Assembly: GCF_009914755.1 (NCBI RefSeq)
Contig: NC_060944.1
Origin: the human T2T-CHM13v2.0 reference genome, Homo sapiens
Strand: one strand, 5' to 3'
Length of the DNA: 64,000 bases
In this document: in pieces, positions 25,554 to 38,945 of the stretch
Layout of the letters: the number at the start of each line of letters is the position of its first letter
Numbering within the stretch: position 1 is the first letter of the stretch
Notes under the pieces: model-generated
Told to the model about the DNA's origin: nothing
What the model saw: the letters and a program-made list of their open reading frames with translations, nothing else
Databases searched by the model: none
Position numbers and translations under genes: made by a program

Positions 25554-27383
25554 TATAGTAACATCTGCTCTGCACCTCACCATCCCACCACTACAAGGTA
25601 CCTCTTTGTTGCTTTTCCTGGATGATGAATCTGCAAGAAAGTTTGAAAGCCATGCTGATGAAAGTTTTTCTGCTGGCATTAAAGATGTGGCAAGCTTTCT
25701 GTTAGGTAGGAATGAAAGGTGGGGACAAATTCTTTTCCTTGGCAACTGCATGAGAGTATCCAGGAAAATCACATTCAGATGGGAGATCATTTAATGCAGC
25801 CTATGGAGGGTGAAAACAGAACTACATTTGTCAGCATTTACAGCCATCATTGTGTTCCCTCAGCAAACCTCCCCATGCTGCAGCAGCCACACCCCGCAGT
25901 CATCCATCATGCTGGCTGAAGAGCCCTGGCCGCCTGCCACACACGTGCCAAGGGGAAGCCCCATGCCCCGTTAGTGTCAGCATGTGCTGTGACTTGTAAC
26001 AAAGACAGGAATGAGTCCTCGTCCAGATAGCCATGTAATCCTCAGAGAAGAGTGCACTGTGGCTGCTGCAGGCTTGCCCAGAAAGTCTCCTACCATCTGA
26101 AGGGTAATTCTGATGGCAGAAAACATTCAATCCCACTATTCTTAGCCTGACTTTCTACTTCTAGCTTTTTCAGGCTCATCAAACCCTCTAAAATCATTTG
26201 AGGAGAAGAAAATGTTCTTCGTTGCGTTCTATAAGGGAAATATATTGCAAAAAAAGGAACCATAGGCGAACAAAGAAAGGGAGGAGATGGGGCCACCCCT
26301 ATTCTTCCATTAAATTTATGTCACTCAGCCTTGAGAGTCAAGCAAAATGTTTGAGGCCAAATACATCTTTTATTAAGTTGTAATACAAAGATAAGTTATC
26401 TAGATTTTTGACTGATTTGGCACTTCACAATGTTATACTTTTTCGAATCCCAAATTCTAGCAACTATAAGATGCCACTGTAATTTTGTATACCTTTAGAA
26501 TACATTAAATATGATACAATGCCTTATTACCCCTTAAAATTTGTATTTTATATTTATCAAAAGAGCACTTTTAGATTCACTTTAGACACAGGCTTTTGTG
26601 ACATATCACTCTTTCGCACACAGAAAAGGAAAATGAAAGTGAAATAAGGAGAATGAGGTATTCCTTAGCCTTCATAAAGTTGGAATCTTCTGAATCACTG
26701 TGCTGCTCAAAGTCACTGATAGTCAAGTTTTCTTTTGGCATAGGATTTGCCTCTGTGACATCAGAAAGTATTGATGATGTGGCCTCTCCTGAAAACAAAA
26801 CAAAACAAACATACAGGCTTGGTTTTCCAATTTTAAAACTATATTGTTGTTTTGCCCCCCCCCGGTAAGTCTGTCAACTGAGCACAGTGTAGTTTTTACA
26901 TCCTTACTTTGGTGTTTCCCTGAGCTGGTAGAGTTGTATTTGAGACAAAATAACTATTCATTCAATTGGATTGCTGCATTCTACTTCAGTAACAGAGAAG
27001 AAAAACCAGCAAGATATCCCTGTAAAGCATTGCTATGGTTTTGGAATCCTGCAGATAAAATGGAATGTCTTCAGGTGTTTGAAAATCTGGGTCATATGTC
27101 TCTACTTGGGAACTTGAAAAATGTTTGATAAATGTGTTTGATTTCAAGATGATGGTGTTTCTTTTGGTTTGTCAGAAACTGGCTCTGATACATATTTGTA
27201 AGAAAGAGGAAAAATCTCGAATTACTCATTAGACTATCAACAATATGCCCATTCTTTGAAGTCTGACTGAAATCCTTTCTTCTCTATGGCATCTTCTAGA
27301 TTTCCGCTTGGACTGATCTCCACTGTATCTGAATTTCTATAGTGTTTTTGCTCCCCTTTTCCATTCCTTTTCTCTATTTTTAG

Positions 27384-27664
27384 TTTTTTTTTTTTTTTTT
27401 TTTGAGACAGGGCCTCACTCTGTCACCCGTGCCGGACTACAGTGGCGTAATCACAGCAAACTGCAGCCTTGAATTTCTGGGCTCAAGTGATCCTCCTGCC
27501 TCAGCCTCCCAAGTAGCTGGGACTACAGGCACGCACCACCATAGCAGGCAAACTTCTTTTGTATACATAGGACATCACTATATTGCCCAGGTTGGCCTTG
27601 AACTCCTGGCCTCAAGTGATCCTTCTACACATATTTTACAGCTGTGAACCTCCATGCCCAGCCT
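27384..27664 (-). mobile_element. AluJ, diverged
   Basis: T-run + gagacagggcctcactctgtcacc...ctcaagtgatcctcctgcctcagcc. Confidence 0.9.
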
Positions 27665-27946
27665 GGTGTATTATTTTTTAAATCAGACTTTTAAATCAGA
27701 TTTTTAATGAGGTTTTTTTTCATCAGATTCTGTCTTTGGATACCTGTTATATTATTTTTAAAATTTGACGGGTATGTGCGAGTTTTAAAATTTGAGACAA
27801 AAAGTTGGATAAAAGACATCTGAGAGGCAATCCCTCTCAGTTGGACAGGGAGAAAGGAGGGAGAGAGGAGGGGAGTAAACCCAATGAAGGGTACATTAAC
27901 AAATGGGTTATTGCTGTGGCAACAAGGGTTCATTTTTGTTGGAGAC

Positions 27947-28466
27947 TGTGGTAGCCTGAACTATGGCCTCAAAAAGAGGTCCGCGTCCTAGTTCACAGAA
28001 CCTATGAATATGTTTCCTTGCATGGCAAAAGAGACTTTACAGATATTGATGAAGTTCAGGATATTGGGATGGGAGGATTCTGGATGATCCACATGGGCCC
28101 AATGTGATCGCAATGGTCCTTATATGAGGAAGGCAGGAGGGTCAGAGTCAGAGAAGACAATGCACCGTAACAGCAGAAGCAGAGGGAGGGAAGGAGATGT
28201 GATAGTGGAATCAGATGTTGCAGTGACGTGAGGAAAAAGCCATGAGCCAAGGAATGCATGTGGCCTCTGAAAGCTGGAGAACACAAGGGCATGGATTTGC
28301 TCCAGTGCCTCCAGCAGGAATGCAATCCTGCCCAAGCCATGATTTTTGCTCAGTAAAATTCATTTCAGAATATTGGCCTGCAGAACTGTAAGGTAATGCA
28401 TTTGTGTTGTTCTAAGTCACTGAGTTTATAGGGGGGTTGTTACAGCAGCAGTAGGAAACCAATAGA
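27947..28466 (+). mobile_element. MLT1C/D-type MaLR LTR, apparently nested in an older LTR16/33-like fragment (about 27800-28780)
   Basis: tgtggtagcctgaa...catggcaaaagagactttacagat...cagaactgtaag...ttgttacagcagcagtaggaaaccaataga. Confidence 0.85.
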
Positions 28467-28823
28467 AGGGTTCATTTTTCTGAGAAACCATATGGACCAG
28501 GCTTCATAGCTGTGCCAGTGAGGTTCGAGGAGGCTGAGGTATTTGCCCATCAATTCTCATCACTTACTGGATAAGGATTATTCCCAGAGGTGGCAGCTTT
28601 CTATCGGTTCTGGCTTGTTCAAGCTGTGCACCCTCCTGTCCCCTCTAGGGGCCAGAGAAAGTCTTTAGAAAGACAGGTCTATATAAAATAAGATGCCATA
28701 GGCTTGTCTACAACTTGTCTACTGATGATGCATGTGACATGTGGGATGGATCAAGGGAAGATGGGTGCACTGGAATTACCTGCCACCATGTGTAAGTACG
28801 TGTATGCATGGTTGCGTGCATGA

Positions 28824-28857
28824 CTGTGTGTGTGTGTCTGTGTGTGTGTGTGTGTGT
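28824..28857. repeat. (TG)n microsatellite
   Basis: Direct reading. Confidence 0.9.
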
Positions 28858-29498
28858 TTCTTCCTCCCCCTTTATTAAGTTTTTTTGAGCCTAGACGTTC
28901 TCTCCCATTGACCAGAGCCCCAAGCACAGCACCCAAATCTGGGAAAAACACTTCTTGAATGATTGGGTGGCAGAATGTGACAGCCTGTGAATGTCACAGT
29001 AAATAAGGGAGTTGGCTATTTTACAGTGATGTCTTCTCTAATTCTTAAATTAAGACTGTGCAGAGAAGGAAGAATTGCTATTCCTTGGAAAGATTCAAGA
29101 GACTCTGGAGATGCTATGTAGTTTGGTTGCAAGGTGGCTGTCAATCACAAATGCAAGTTGTCACCAGGCAAAATGGCCCTGTCCTGCTGCGTGACCAATC
29201 TGCAATCTAAGACTGGCTCATCAAGGTTAGCAGATAAATCAACACAAAAAGAGATGAACATTGCAGGCAGTGCTGATGTCAAACAGAGATTTCATGCATC
29301 TGGCAGAAAATTGAGCATATTGGTAAAGCACTAAAGACTTCCTTCATGAAAGTTCTTTGCTCCCTGGTCCTGAAAGGAAAATTAGATTAATGCTCACAAA
29401 TCCTTCTTGACATCTGAAGGATGGCCTTCTCTTGACAAGGCTCTAGACAGGAAAATGTGAGGAACACCAGCATGGCCTTCCCTTTGCTAGGTATCTAA

Positions 29499-29855
<357 letters not shown>

Positions 29856-30769
29856 TAGATTCTCTCTCTTAACCCTTGGCATTATTATTATTTTTAGCAG
29901 TTAGCTTCAGCAAGTGAAGCACTGCTGATTGGAGATGTGTTTTGTATTCTGACTGTACTTGCAAGCTCTACCAAGTACATTAGCCTTCAAAACATATTTA
30001 CGATAAAGGCTGAGTGCCTGTTCCTTAAGAGAAACCTGCAGAATGGTCTTTATTTTTCACACCAGCTGCTTCTTCAGATTTGAACATGCCAGACAAATGT
30101 TTGATGCTCTTGAATGGTGTTTGAGTAAATTAATTGACACCCACCGACTGTCAAAATGTATGTATTATGTATATAAATATAAAAACACCTATATGCATGA
30201 ATATGCAGAGATATGTTTTAAGGGTCATTTTGTGGCTAAAATATTTGAAAATAATAATATAAGTAAAGTATGATATGAAAATTAATCTTGTAGAAAACTC
30301 AGCAGAACCTAATGGAGATTTTAGTGTAGAGAAGAATGTGATTAAGCCACAGTAGATCCAGAATTTTGCTAATGATATAAAGTCCTTATTGTTACCAGCC
30401 TCAAGGAAATCCCTGTCTAGTGCATATTCATGGAGAGTGAACGATGAGCTTGTGAAACATGTGAGATGCAAGTACAGAAATGTTGGCCCAACTCTATTAA
30501 AAACCAATGTGTCTCATAATTAAGACTCTAAACACCCCCCCTTAAAACTGGCCAAATGTTGGAATGAGCTGGTGCCCGCCGCTTCTTAACTCTTCGCTCC
30601 AGTTTTGGGGTCTGTGCCTCATAACCATAGTCACTTTTAACCAATTCTGGTTGCCTCCCTGACAGAACCTGGGATTCTGTGCCATTTCTATGTGTGCCCC
30701 TATTTTAGGAACTAGGTCTAAAGTAATTAACAGTTTAGAAGTGATAATCTAGTGAATTAGCTTTTGTGA

Positions 30770-31323
30770 GGGTTGTTTTATAATAGCACAATTCCCTTGT
30801 TCACTGCCTACTCCTCCTCTGCCCCCCTTCTCCACTGCCTTCTCTTCCCTGTCCTGCCCTGTGGATGGCTGCCTGAGTTCTTGCTGGCTAGCCTCTGGTT
30901 GGGTTTGTGTCATAGGGGTGGGAAGGAGTCAGGTTACCAGGAGGATGGGACATTGGGAGAAAGTGATTCGTGTATTTCTTACTTGTCTCCAACTCCCCAT
31001 TTCCCAATCCTTCATTTCCCCATGCCACTCCCTTTTTTCCCCACCTGGCTATCCTTCCCACCCCTGCGTTGATACCATCTTTTTGGAATGACGTTGTCCC
31101 TCCATGACTGTGGTTAGCTGGGAAGCCTGTACTTCCCAGCTCCTGCTCTCTCTTGTTGGGCTATGGTTACATTATTCCCCCACACTTCCACCTCTGAGTG
31201 TCTCCATGTATCTTGCCTGTATTTTAACCATGCCTGTGTCTTCATAAGTGGTCCCTTTATCAAATTTCTGCAGTTAAAACATCTATGGAAATCCTATTTC
31301 CTACCTAGACCCTGATGGTTACA
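30770..31323 (+). mobile_element. ERVL-class LTR (LTR33-like)
   Basis: 3' end aagtggtccctttatcaaatt...tttcctacctagaccctgatggttaca. Confidence 0.5.
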
Positions 31324-32573
31324 CTTTACTTTCTCTAACCATAGCATTCTTCAAACATGAAGGACCACACGTATTTAATATTTAATCATACCATGCTTAA
31401 GTTGATACATTGGAATGCCATAGTTCTCATTTCGCTAGCATGCTATTCAAAACTTTATTTGTGAGAGAAACAAAAATAGAAGATGCCATGTAAGATAACA
31501 TTATGGTCTGGGTTTATCTGCACATGTCAGTACATACCTGCAGAGATAGGATCTTTGTCTATGGAAGCAAACCAGGAAGGTATCTGAATGCCTTGGTTCA
31601 GTACCCATCACTCTGGAAATGACTGAATGACTGATGTGCTTTCTAAACATGAGGCAGAGGCTGGCCAAATTTCCTTTCAATCTGGGTGATGAAAGCTAAG
31701 ATGAGGTAAATGTTGTCACATTGTGTTTACATTCTACTATATAGTATATATGGTATGTATATTTCTATGTATATGATATATATGTTTACCTACACATGTA
31801 CACAATAGAGAGAGAGAATCTCAAATATGAATGGTACTGCTTAAACGCAGTGTTAACTAAAAGAACTGCATTACATAAATAAATATTATGGTTATAAAAG
31901 AAAAGAAAAGCCAGAGAGCCTACTCTCATGCTTTCGTTGTATAGCTAAAGTCATAGAAAATAAACATTAAAAAAAAAAAACTAATATTTACAAGACAGCA
32001 TACAAATGTCTGTAGTTTAATTTGGGTATAAACAAGCTACACAGGTGCTGAAGGAATTGCCTGCAGTTAAGAGAGAAGGTGACTATGCAGAAATAAATTC
32101 TAAGACAGGGCTGGCTTCTGCCCTTATGGAAAGGTAAATTAGCCCACTGATACATAATATTAGTGGCCACCAAACCATTGTGACATCTTGAATTTCTTCT
32201 TTTTTTTTCTTTTTCTACGGAAGTCTTTACGGGATTGTTAGAACAGCACTGGGGGGTTTGTGAATCATTATTTATTTTGGAGGTATGGAGGGAGGTAGCA
32301 AGGAATGAATTGTCATACCCACACATGCCTATCCAGGCTCGGATTTCCTCCTTTACTTCAGGCCATACAGATGATTCCACTGTCCTCTTCTCTGTTCTCT
32401 TGAAACTGCCACTGCCTGTTCCATCCCAGGCTTTCTCTCTTAAACCTGGCTGAAGTAAAAGCCAAGATTTCGTTTATTTCCTTCTTACTCTTAAAGAACA
32501 AACTCACAGTTACTTTAAGTTTTCAAGGTTTTTTACTAATAAGTATGGTATAATAAAGATTTGACAGATACCA

Positions 32574-32767
32574 CACCAAAGAAGATATACAGATGGCAAG
32601 TAAGCATGTGAAAAAATGCCCGACATCATATGTCATAAGGTAAATACAAATTAAAACAACAGAAAGATACCCTTACACACCTATTAGAATGGCCAAAATC
32701 CAAAACACGGACAATACCAATTGTCGATGAGGATGTGCAGAAACAGAAACTCTCCTTCATTGCTGGT
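32574..32767 (+). mobile_element. L1MC-type ORF2 3' fragment (sense)
   Basis: caccaaagaagatatacagatggc...acacacctattagaatggccaaaatcc. Confidence 0.9.
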
Positions 32768-32854
32768 CTTGGCATAGGGATTGTAAAGCTTAAGAAAATA
32801 CATTGAAGTCCTTGATCTACTGTCTCTAACCCTTCAAAGGGGGTAAACTCTTTT

Positions 32855-34425
32855 GTGCGAATACCAAGGTGTGAGATTGCTGGGTAGTGTGATAAAAGTA
32901 TATTGAGTTTTGTAAGAAACTGACAAACTGTCTTCTAAAGGGCTGTAACATTTTGTATCCCCACCGGCAATGAATGAGAGTCCCTGTTGTTCCACATTCT
33001 TACCAGCATTCGGTATTGTCAGTGTTTTGGATCTTGGCCATTCTAATAGATGTGTAATGGTATCTCTTTGTTGTTTTAATTTGCATTTCTCTTATGACAT
33101 ATGATGTTGAGCATCTTTACATATGCCTATTTGCCATCTGTGTATCTTCTTTGGTGGGGTGTTTGTTGAAGTCTTTTGCCAATTTTTAATTGGGTTGTTC
33201 ATTTATTTATTAGTGAGTTTTAAGAGTTTCTTGTATATTTAGGATAAAAATCCTTTATCAAGTATGTCTTTTGCAAATATTTTCACTCTATCTGTGGCTT
33301 GCCTTCTCATTCTATTGATGTTGTCTTTCACAGAGCAGATGTTTTTTAATTTTAATGAAATTTAGCTTATTTTTTTCATAAAGCATGTATTTGGTGTCAT
33401 ATCTAAAATGTCACCAGTATATCCAAAGTTGCCTAGGTTTTATCCTGTTATCCTCTAGGAGTTTTATAGTTCCTTGTTTTAAATTTAGGACTATTATTAA
33501 CTTTGAATTATTTTTTGTGAAGTGTGTAAAATCTGTGTCACGATCCATTTCTTGCATGTGATTGTCCAGTTGTTCCAGCCCAGTTTGTTGAAAAGACTTG
33601 CTTCATTGTAGTGTCTTTGCTTCTTTGTTAAAGATTAGTTGACTATATTTACGAGGGTCTATTTATGGACTCTGTATTGTTTTCCATTGATCTATTTCTC
33701 CATCCTTTTGCCAATACCACACTGTCTTGATTACTGAAGCTTTATGGTAAGTCTTGAAGTCAGGTAATATCAGTCCTCTGACTGTTTTCCAATATTGTGT
33801 TGGCTATTCTGGGCCTTTTATCTCTCCACATAAACTTTAGAATCAGTTTGTTTATATCCACAAAATAACTTGCTGGAATCTGGGTTGGGATTGCATTGAA
33901 AATATAGATTCTTCTTTCCAACTGAAAAGTTGGGAAGAACTGACATCTTGACAATATTGAGTATTTCTATCCATGCACATAGACTATCTCTTCATTTATT
34001 TAGTTCTCCTTTGATTTTTTTTTTATCAGTTTTGGAGTTGTCCTCATATAGATCTTTTACATATTTTGTTAGATTTACACCTAAGTATTTCATTTTCAGG
34101 TAGCTAATATAGACGGTATTTTGTTTTTAATTTCAAAATCTACTAGTTTATTGTTGGTACATAGGAAAATGTTTGACTTTTGTATATTAACCTTCTATCT
34201 TGCAATCTTGCTATAATTGCTTATTTTCTCCAGGATTTTTGGGTCAAACCTGGATTTCCTACATAGACAATCATGTCATCTATGGATAAAGACAATTTTA
34301 CTTCTTTCTTTCCCATCATTATGCCTTTTATTTTATTTTATTTTATTTTATTTTATTTTATTTTATTTTATTTTATTTTATTTTTCTTGTCTTGCTGCTT
34401 TATCTAGGACCTCCATTGTGATGCT
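32855..34425 (-). mobile_element. L1MC-type ORF2 segment (antisense)
   Basis: Minus-strand ORF 33760-33954 gives [37 protein letters not shown], a decayed L1 ORF2 peptide; contains (TTTTA)n at about 34326-34385. Confidence 0.92.
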
Positions 34426-34427
34426 GT

Positions 34428-35385
34428 TAAGTTCCTGGTCTGATAATTTCAATATTCCTTCCATATCTGATTCTGATGCTTGATCTGTCTCTTCAAACTT
34501 TTGCTTTTTTCTTTTAGTAAGTCTTGTAAGTTTTTCTTGACAGCCAAACATAATGTACTACGTAGAAGAAAAAAAAGAACGACAATAAATAAGCCTTTAG
34601 TCATGTGGTGGTTAGATGTCAGGGGAGGGGAAGTATTATATAGTTATGTGATTAGATCTCAGTCTCTTGGCAACCCTGTACCTCTGAACTGTGAACATCT
34701 CAAGTGTTTCTTAGGTCCTCCACCTCTTTTAGGTGGGGCAAGAGGGCTAGAGTAAACTGGAATTGGGCATTTCCTTTCTTCTATCTGGAAGGCTAGAGTG
34801 GGCTAGAGTTGAGTATTTCCCTTTCCCCAGGTTGGTTAGGATCTGATAGAACCCCAATAGTTTAGGCTCAGGTGAAATATTTTCTCTTGAAGGCAGGCCT
34901 TATTATGACACACAGAATGCTGTGGCATGTTTCAAGATGTTTCTTCTTTTTTCCCTTCCCACTTCTGGAAGCATGAGGGGATTTTTCTCTAATATTCATT
35001 GTGAGAACCTGGTCCAGCTCCTGGAGGTAAAAACTCACAAAAGCATGATAGCCCTGGATGAATGGATCCCCTTGGAGTTTCCATCATTCAGACTGGTCCA
35101 CATGGAGCCTCTAGTAATCCGTCAGTTAGAGTTTAGGCTTTTCTACTCCAGTACTCGTTCCTGCGAAGGCTTCTGCTAAGGGATTTCTGCTCAGATAAGT
35201 TGTGATTCTCTGTACCCACCTGTCTGTCTCTCCAGTTTTGGGGACAGCAGTTTGCTCTGTGACCTCACTTCTTCGAAGGATCTAAAGAAAGTTGTTGCTT
35301 TCTTTTAGTTGGTTTAGCTGTTCACGTGTTGGCACATGTGTTAGGACAGAGTGACATCTTCCAAACTCCTTGCATGTTGAACCGC
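34428..35385 (-). mobile_element. L1MC 5' region (L1MCa-like)
   Basis: ggggaggggaagtattatatag...gagggctagagt...gggacagcagtttgctctgtgacctcacttc resembles old L1M 5' ends. Confidence 0.6.
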
Positions 35386-36784
35386 CTATATATTGTTATT
35401 CTCACTATCTAGGATGTCTAGGAAAGTAAGAAAAAGATCATGTGCTGGCTCTCATTTTGTCATCCTCCTGACTCTTCATTTTCTTTGAGCCTAGGGACAA
35501 AAATGAAGGCCTGTTACTTTGTAAGAAGAAAAATGTCACATGTTCATAAGTGAAATACTGAGCAAACATCGACTCGATTTTTCCCTGAGGAATTGCTTCA
35601 ATCTACACAAAAGCTCCACCTTCCCAAAGAGGTCCATCAAAGTAAATCTCTAACATTTGTGTTTAAATGGATAGTTATTTCTACTATGAGCACATCCTGA
35701 ACTTCTTTTCCTGCCCCAGCAGGTTTTCCTGGCACATTACAACTCCAGGCTATCTTGTATCTGCTTACTACAGCTCAAGCAGGAGAACAGATTGATTTTT
35801 GATGAGAAATATGCCTTTTCTGGGGTTTCCTTATTCTACCACAAACTTGGTCCAGAGCTCATTGTTTGTGAAATACTGTCATTCATTATTAAGACGAACA
35901 ATGATGCCTGCTGTGGGAAATTTGCATTTTAAAATGCAGTTTTCCTCCTTTAAAATTCTGTGGCTTATTTGGTCTCTTCATTCTCCTGTCATTCGTCAAA
36001 CACTTGCTATACCCCAAGTGCCTTGCTGTGGTTAAGAGGAATGAGCCAGGTTCTGTCTGTTTGAGGGAAATGGTACATGCATCACTTCCAATTACATTTC
36101 TCTAGGCATTTTCAGGAGCAGTAACTTATGTATGGGTAAAACTTAGAAATCCAAAACCAGCCAAGGGGATGTTTTAGGTAGAATAGTAAAAGATCTTGTA
36201 TGCAATTATTGCATGAATCGCAGTCGATTACTCAGGTCATTCTAAATTCATTTTAGATGATTTAAAGAAACGTATCCATATTACTAGGATGTGGTGAAAT
36301 CCACTGTATAGCAATTTGGGGAGTTTAAGAAGTTTCCTTTGGGAGTTGATATTATAGACAATGACATGTATTTTATAATTTCTTCAGAGGTTTGGCTATA
36401 AACAAGACAGTTTTGTTGAAATCTGTTCATCTACTATCAGTTCCTCTTCCTCAGGAAGAGAATCTGAAAAAAAAAGGTAGGTAATGTCAAGTTCCAGGGG
36501 CAGAGAGGGGATAGTGAATCCATACTTGATCTTAAAAATTGAGCCCACCTATACTTCCAGTCATCACTCTGTGGCACATTGAAGAGCATGGAGCCCCCAC
36601 CTGGTTTTCCAGGCCTACTGTGCACAACAGCATTCCTGTACCTTTAGGCTTTCTTATATCTTTCAGCTTTCTCTCCTTACTAAGCAAATAAGATACATTT
36701 AGGGAAGGAGGGCTAACAAGAAGACCTATAGGGGAGCAAAATGCTTGTGACTTGTGCAGTTTAGTCTTCACAACAAGAGAGAGT

Positions 36785-36915
36785 AGACTTATCCCCTCTT
36801 ATATGTTACCGGTGAAGACATTGAGGAATAGAGACCTGTTTTGCTCACTCAGATTGTACTTTTCAGGGGAAGGATTCAATGCCTGGTAGGTCTGACTCTA
36901 AAGCCAGGGTTTCTC
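36785..36915 (-). mobile_element. MIR fragment
   Basis: ggattcaatgcctggtaggtctgactctaaagcc. Confidence 0.6.
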
Positions 36916-37134
36916 TTGAACCAGATCTCAGCTCTCTTTGAATTCATCAAATTGGTATGAAGGATTTATTATGCAGAGAATATTTTTACCTTGGACAGAT
37001 AGTCAGTAATTGAAGCCAGATTCCAAAGGTGGCAAAGACCTAGATAGGAATGAAAACCATCTTCAAGTGTTGTATATCCTCAGAGGGATTTCTGAAACAT
37101 TGTGTGTTCACCAGCAGCATTAGTTCTCACTCAA

Positions 37135-37549
37135 TGTATCAGTCATATTTTTCCGCATTACAAACAACCTCTAAAACCAAGTAGCTGACAGCAAATAGCA
37201 TGTATTGTCTTATTTACAAGACTGCGGGTTGGCTGTGGTTTAACTGATCAAGACTGGGCTTGGCCTAACCAAGCTGGACTCTTGGCTTCTGCTGGGCACA
37301 GGTCTTTTCCTTCTTTTTCATTTCAGGTACCTGTCTGAAAGGGCAGTAGTTATCTCGGACATTCTCTTTCCATACCAGCAAACACTTTAAAACTTCACAT
37401 CTGCTCACATACCACTGACTAAAGCAAGTCAGATGGCCAAAGTCAACATTGATGGGGCAGGGAAATATGTTCCACCCAGGGTGGCAGGCTCTGCAAATTC
37501 AGATGGCAAAGATAAGCGAAGAATTGGGAACACTTATCTAATCCAGCAC
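37135..37549 (-). mobile_element. MLT1 (I/J-like) MaLR LTR
   Basis: tgtatcagtc...acaaacaacctctaaaaccaagtagct...cacatctgctcacataccactgactaaagcaagtcagatggccaa. Confidence 0.75.
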
Positions 37550-38629
37550 TCTCAGAAAGTGATCTAAAAAAGGTGTCACAAGAGTCTAATGGTGTTACTG
37601 CTCATGTCAGACTTGAAGCTATGTCCTCTGACTCAACACTGGAATTTTAGGAATGCCTCACTTGATATCTTTTGGAATGTCTTTGAAAATGAGTTTTAGG
37701 ATGATGTCCTCCAGCAGATTTTAATTATATCATATAATGTACTTTTAATCACAAAATTGTATCCAATTATGTATTATTTTTAATCATAATCTTAGTCCTT
37801 CAAATTCTTTTCATCTCTGTCTCAATCAGCAATAGTGTGGCTGCCATTGTATACCCTATCTAAACCATAGAATAGAAGTCTTGCCCACTGGACCACCCTT
37901 TTTTAGGCAGATTCCACGTGCTACCAGCGGATGAAGTCAGACAGAACTCAGAATAGAGTGTCATGGCCAAGGTCTGTCTTAAGATTCAAACATGAAAAGG
38001 AAAGATTCTCCATGCCAAATGTTCACCTCAGGGGAGCTGAACACTGAGAAGTTTTACAGAGGAATTCCTAGAATTTTGAGGGCAGTTTACAAACTCAGGC
38101 CTTCAGGGGGCTTGACTATCACTGAAGAGCAAAAGCCAATAGTCAGGGGATTTGAGGGCTATCTTTCTTTCTTCTACACTAAGATAATAAGGGTGAATGC
38201 TGCTGAGACGGTGATGACGTGTTCAGCATGCCTGCCTCTGGAGAATCATGCACCTGTCTGTGCCTGTGAGAGCATAAAAGCTCCATGAGACACAAGTGGT
38301 TTACATCCTGGGAGTCAGTAACAAAGCTAAGAGACCCTGTCTGGTGCTGTGTCCCTGAAAGGGGTCCTTCAGTCTGTCCTAGTCTAGGGATCCTAGGACA
38401 CAGGCCTTTGTCAAAACCCCAAGCCAAGGGGACCTAGCTGTCATTCTCCTAGGTCGTGTTTTTAAGTTGATCAAGGTCACGTGCATGGAGTGTCTAGGCC
38501 AGCAGAAACTCCAGAGAGCAGCACAGAAGTTTGTATCCTGCCCTCCAGTGAGAGGGCTTATTCTCATAGGCCTCAGGTGGCACAGAATCACTGCAGGATG
38601 CTAGGCAGCCTCCTAGGACACAGGATCAG

Positions 38630-38945
38630 GCAGGTATTTCTCATGTTCCCAAATGTGGCATGACACCATGTTGAGCACCTATTTTGCTTTGAGCCCGAAG
38701 GTGGAAAGGAGAACAAGACAGACAGAGCTCTGTCTCATGGAGCTTAAATTCCAGCAGGGTGGACACACAATAACCAAGCAAACAAAACGGACATCATTTC
38801 AGGTAGTGATAAGAGCAGCAAAAGACCCCTGCAATCCAAGGTGAGGAGTTTAGATTTTGCCCATAGTGCAGAGGAAGCCCCACTGGGGGGCTCCTAGCGT
38901 GGATGTGACATGGTGTGCTTTATGTTTGGAAAGATCACTAGCTAC
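38630..38945 (-). mobile_element. L2 fragment
   Basis: ctctgtctcatggagcttaaattccagcag...gaggagtttagatttt...tttggaaagatcact. Confidence 0.65.

Noticed and set aside
28580-28600. CTCF-like cccagaggtggcag (and similar near 2975, 18267)
   Set aside because: Only partial matches to the core motif; not supportable without ChIP data.
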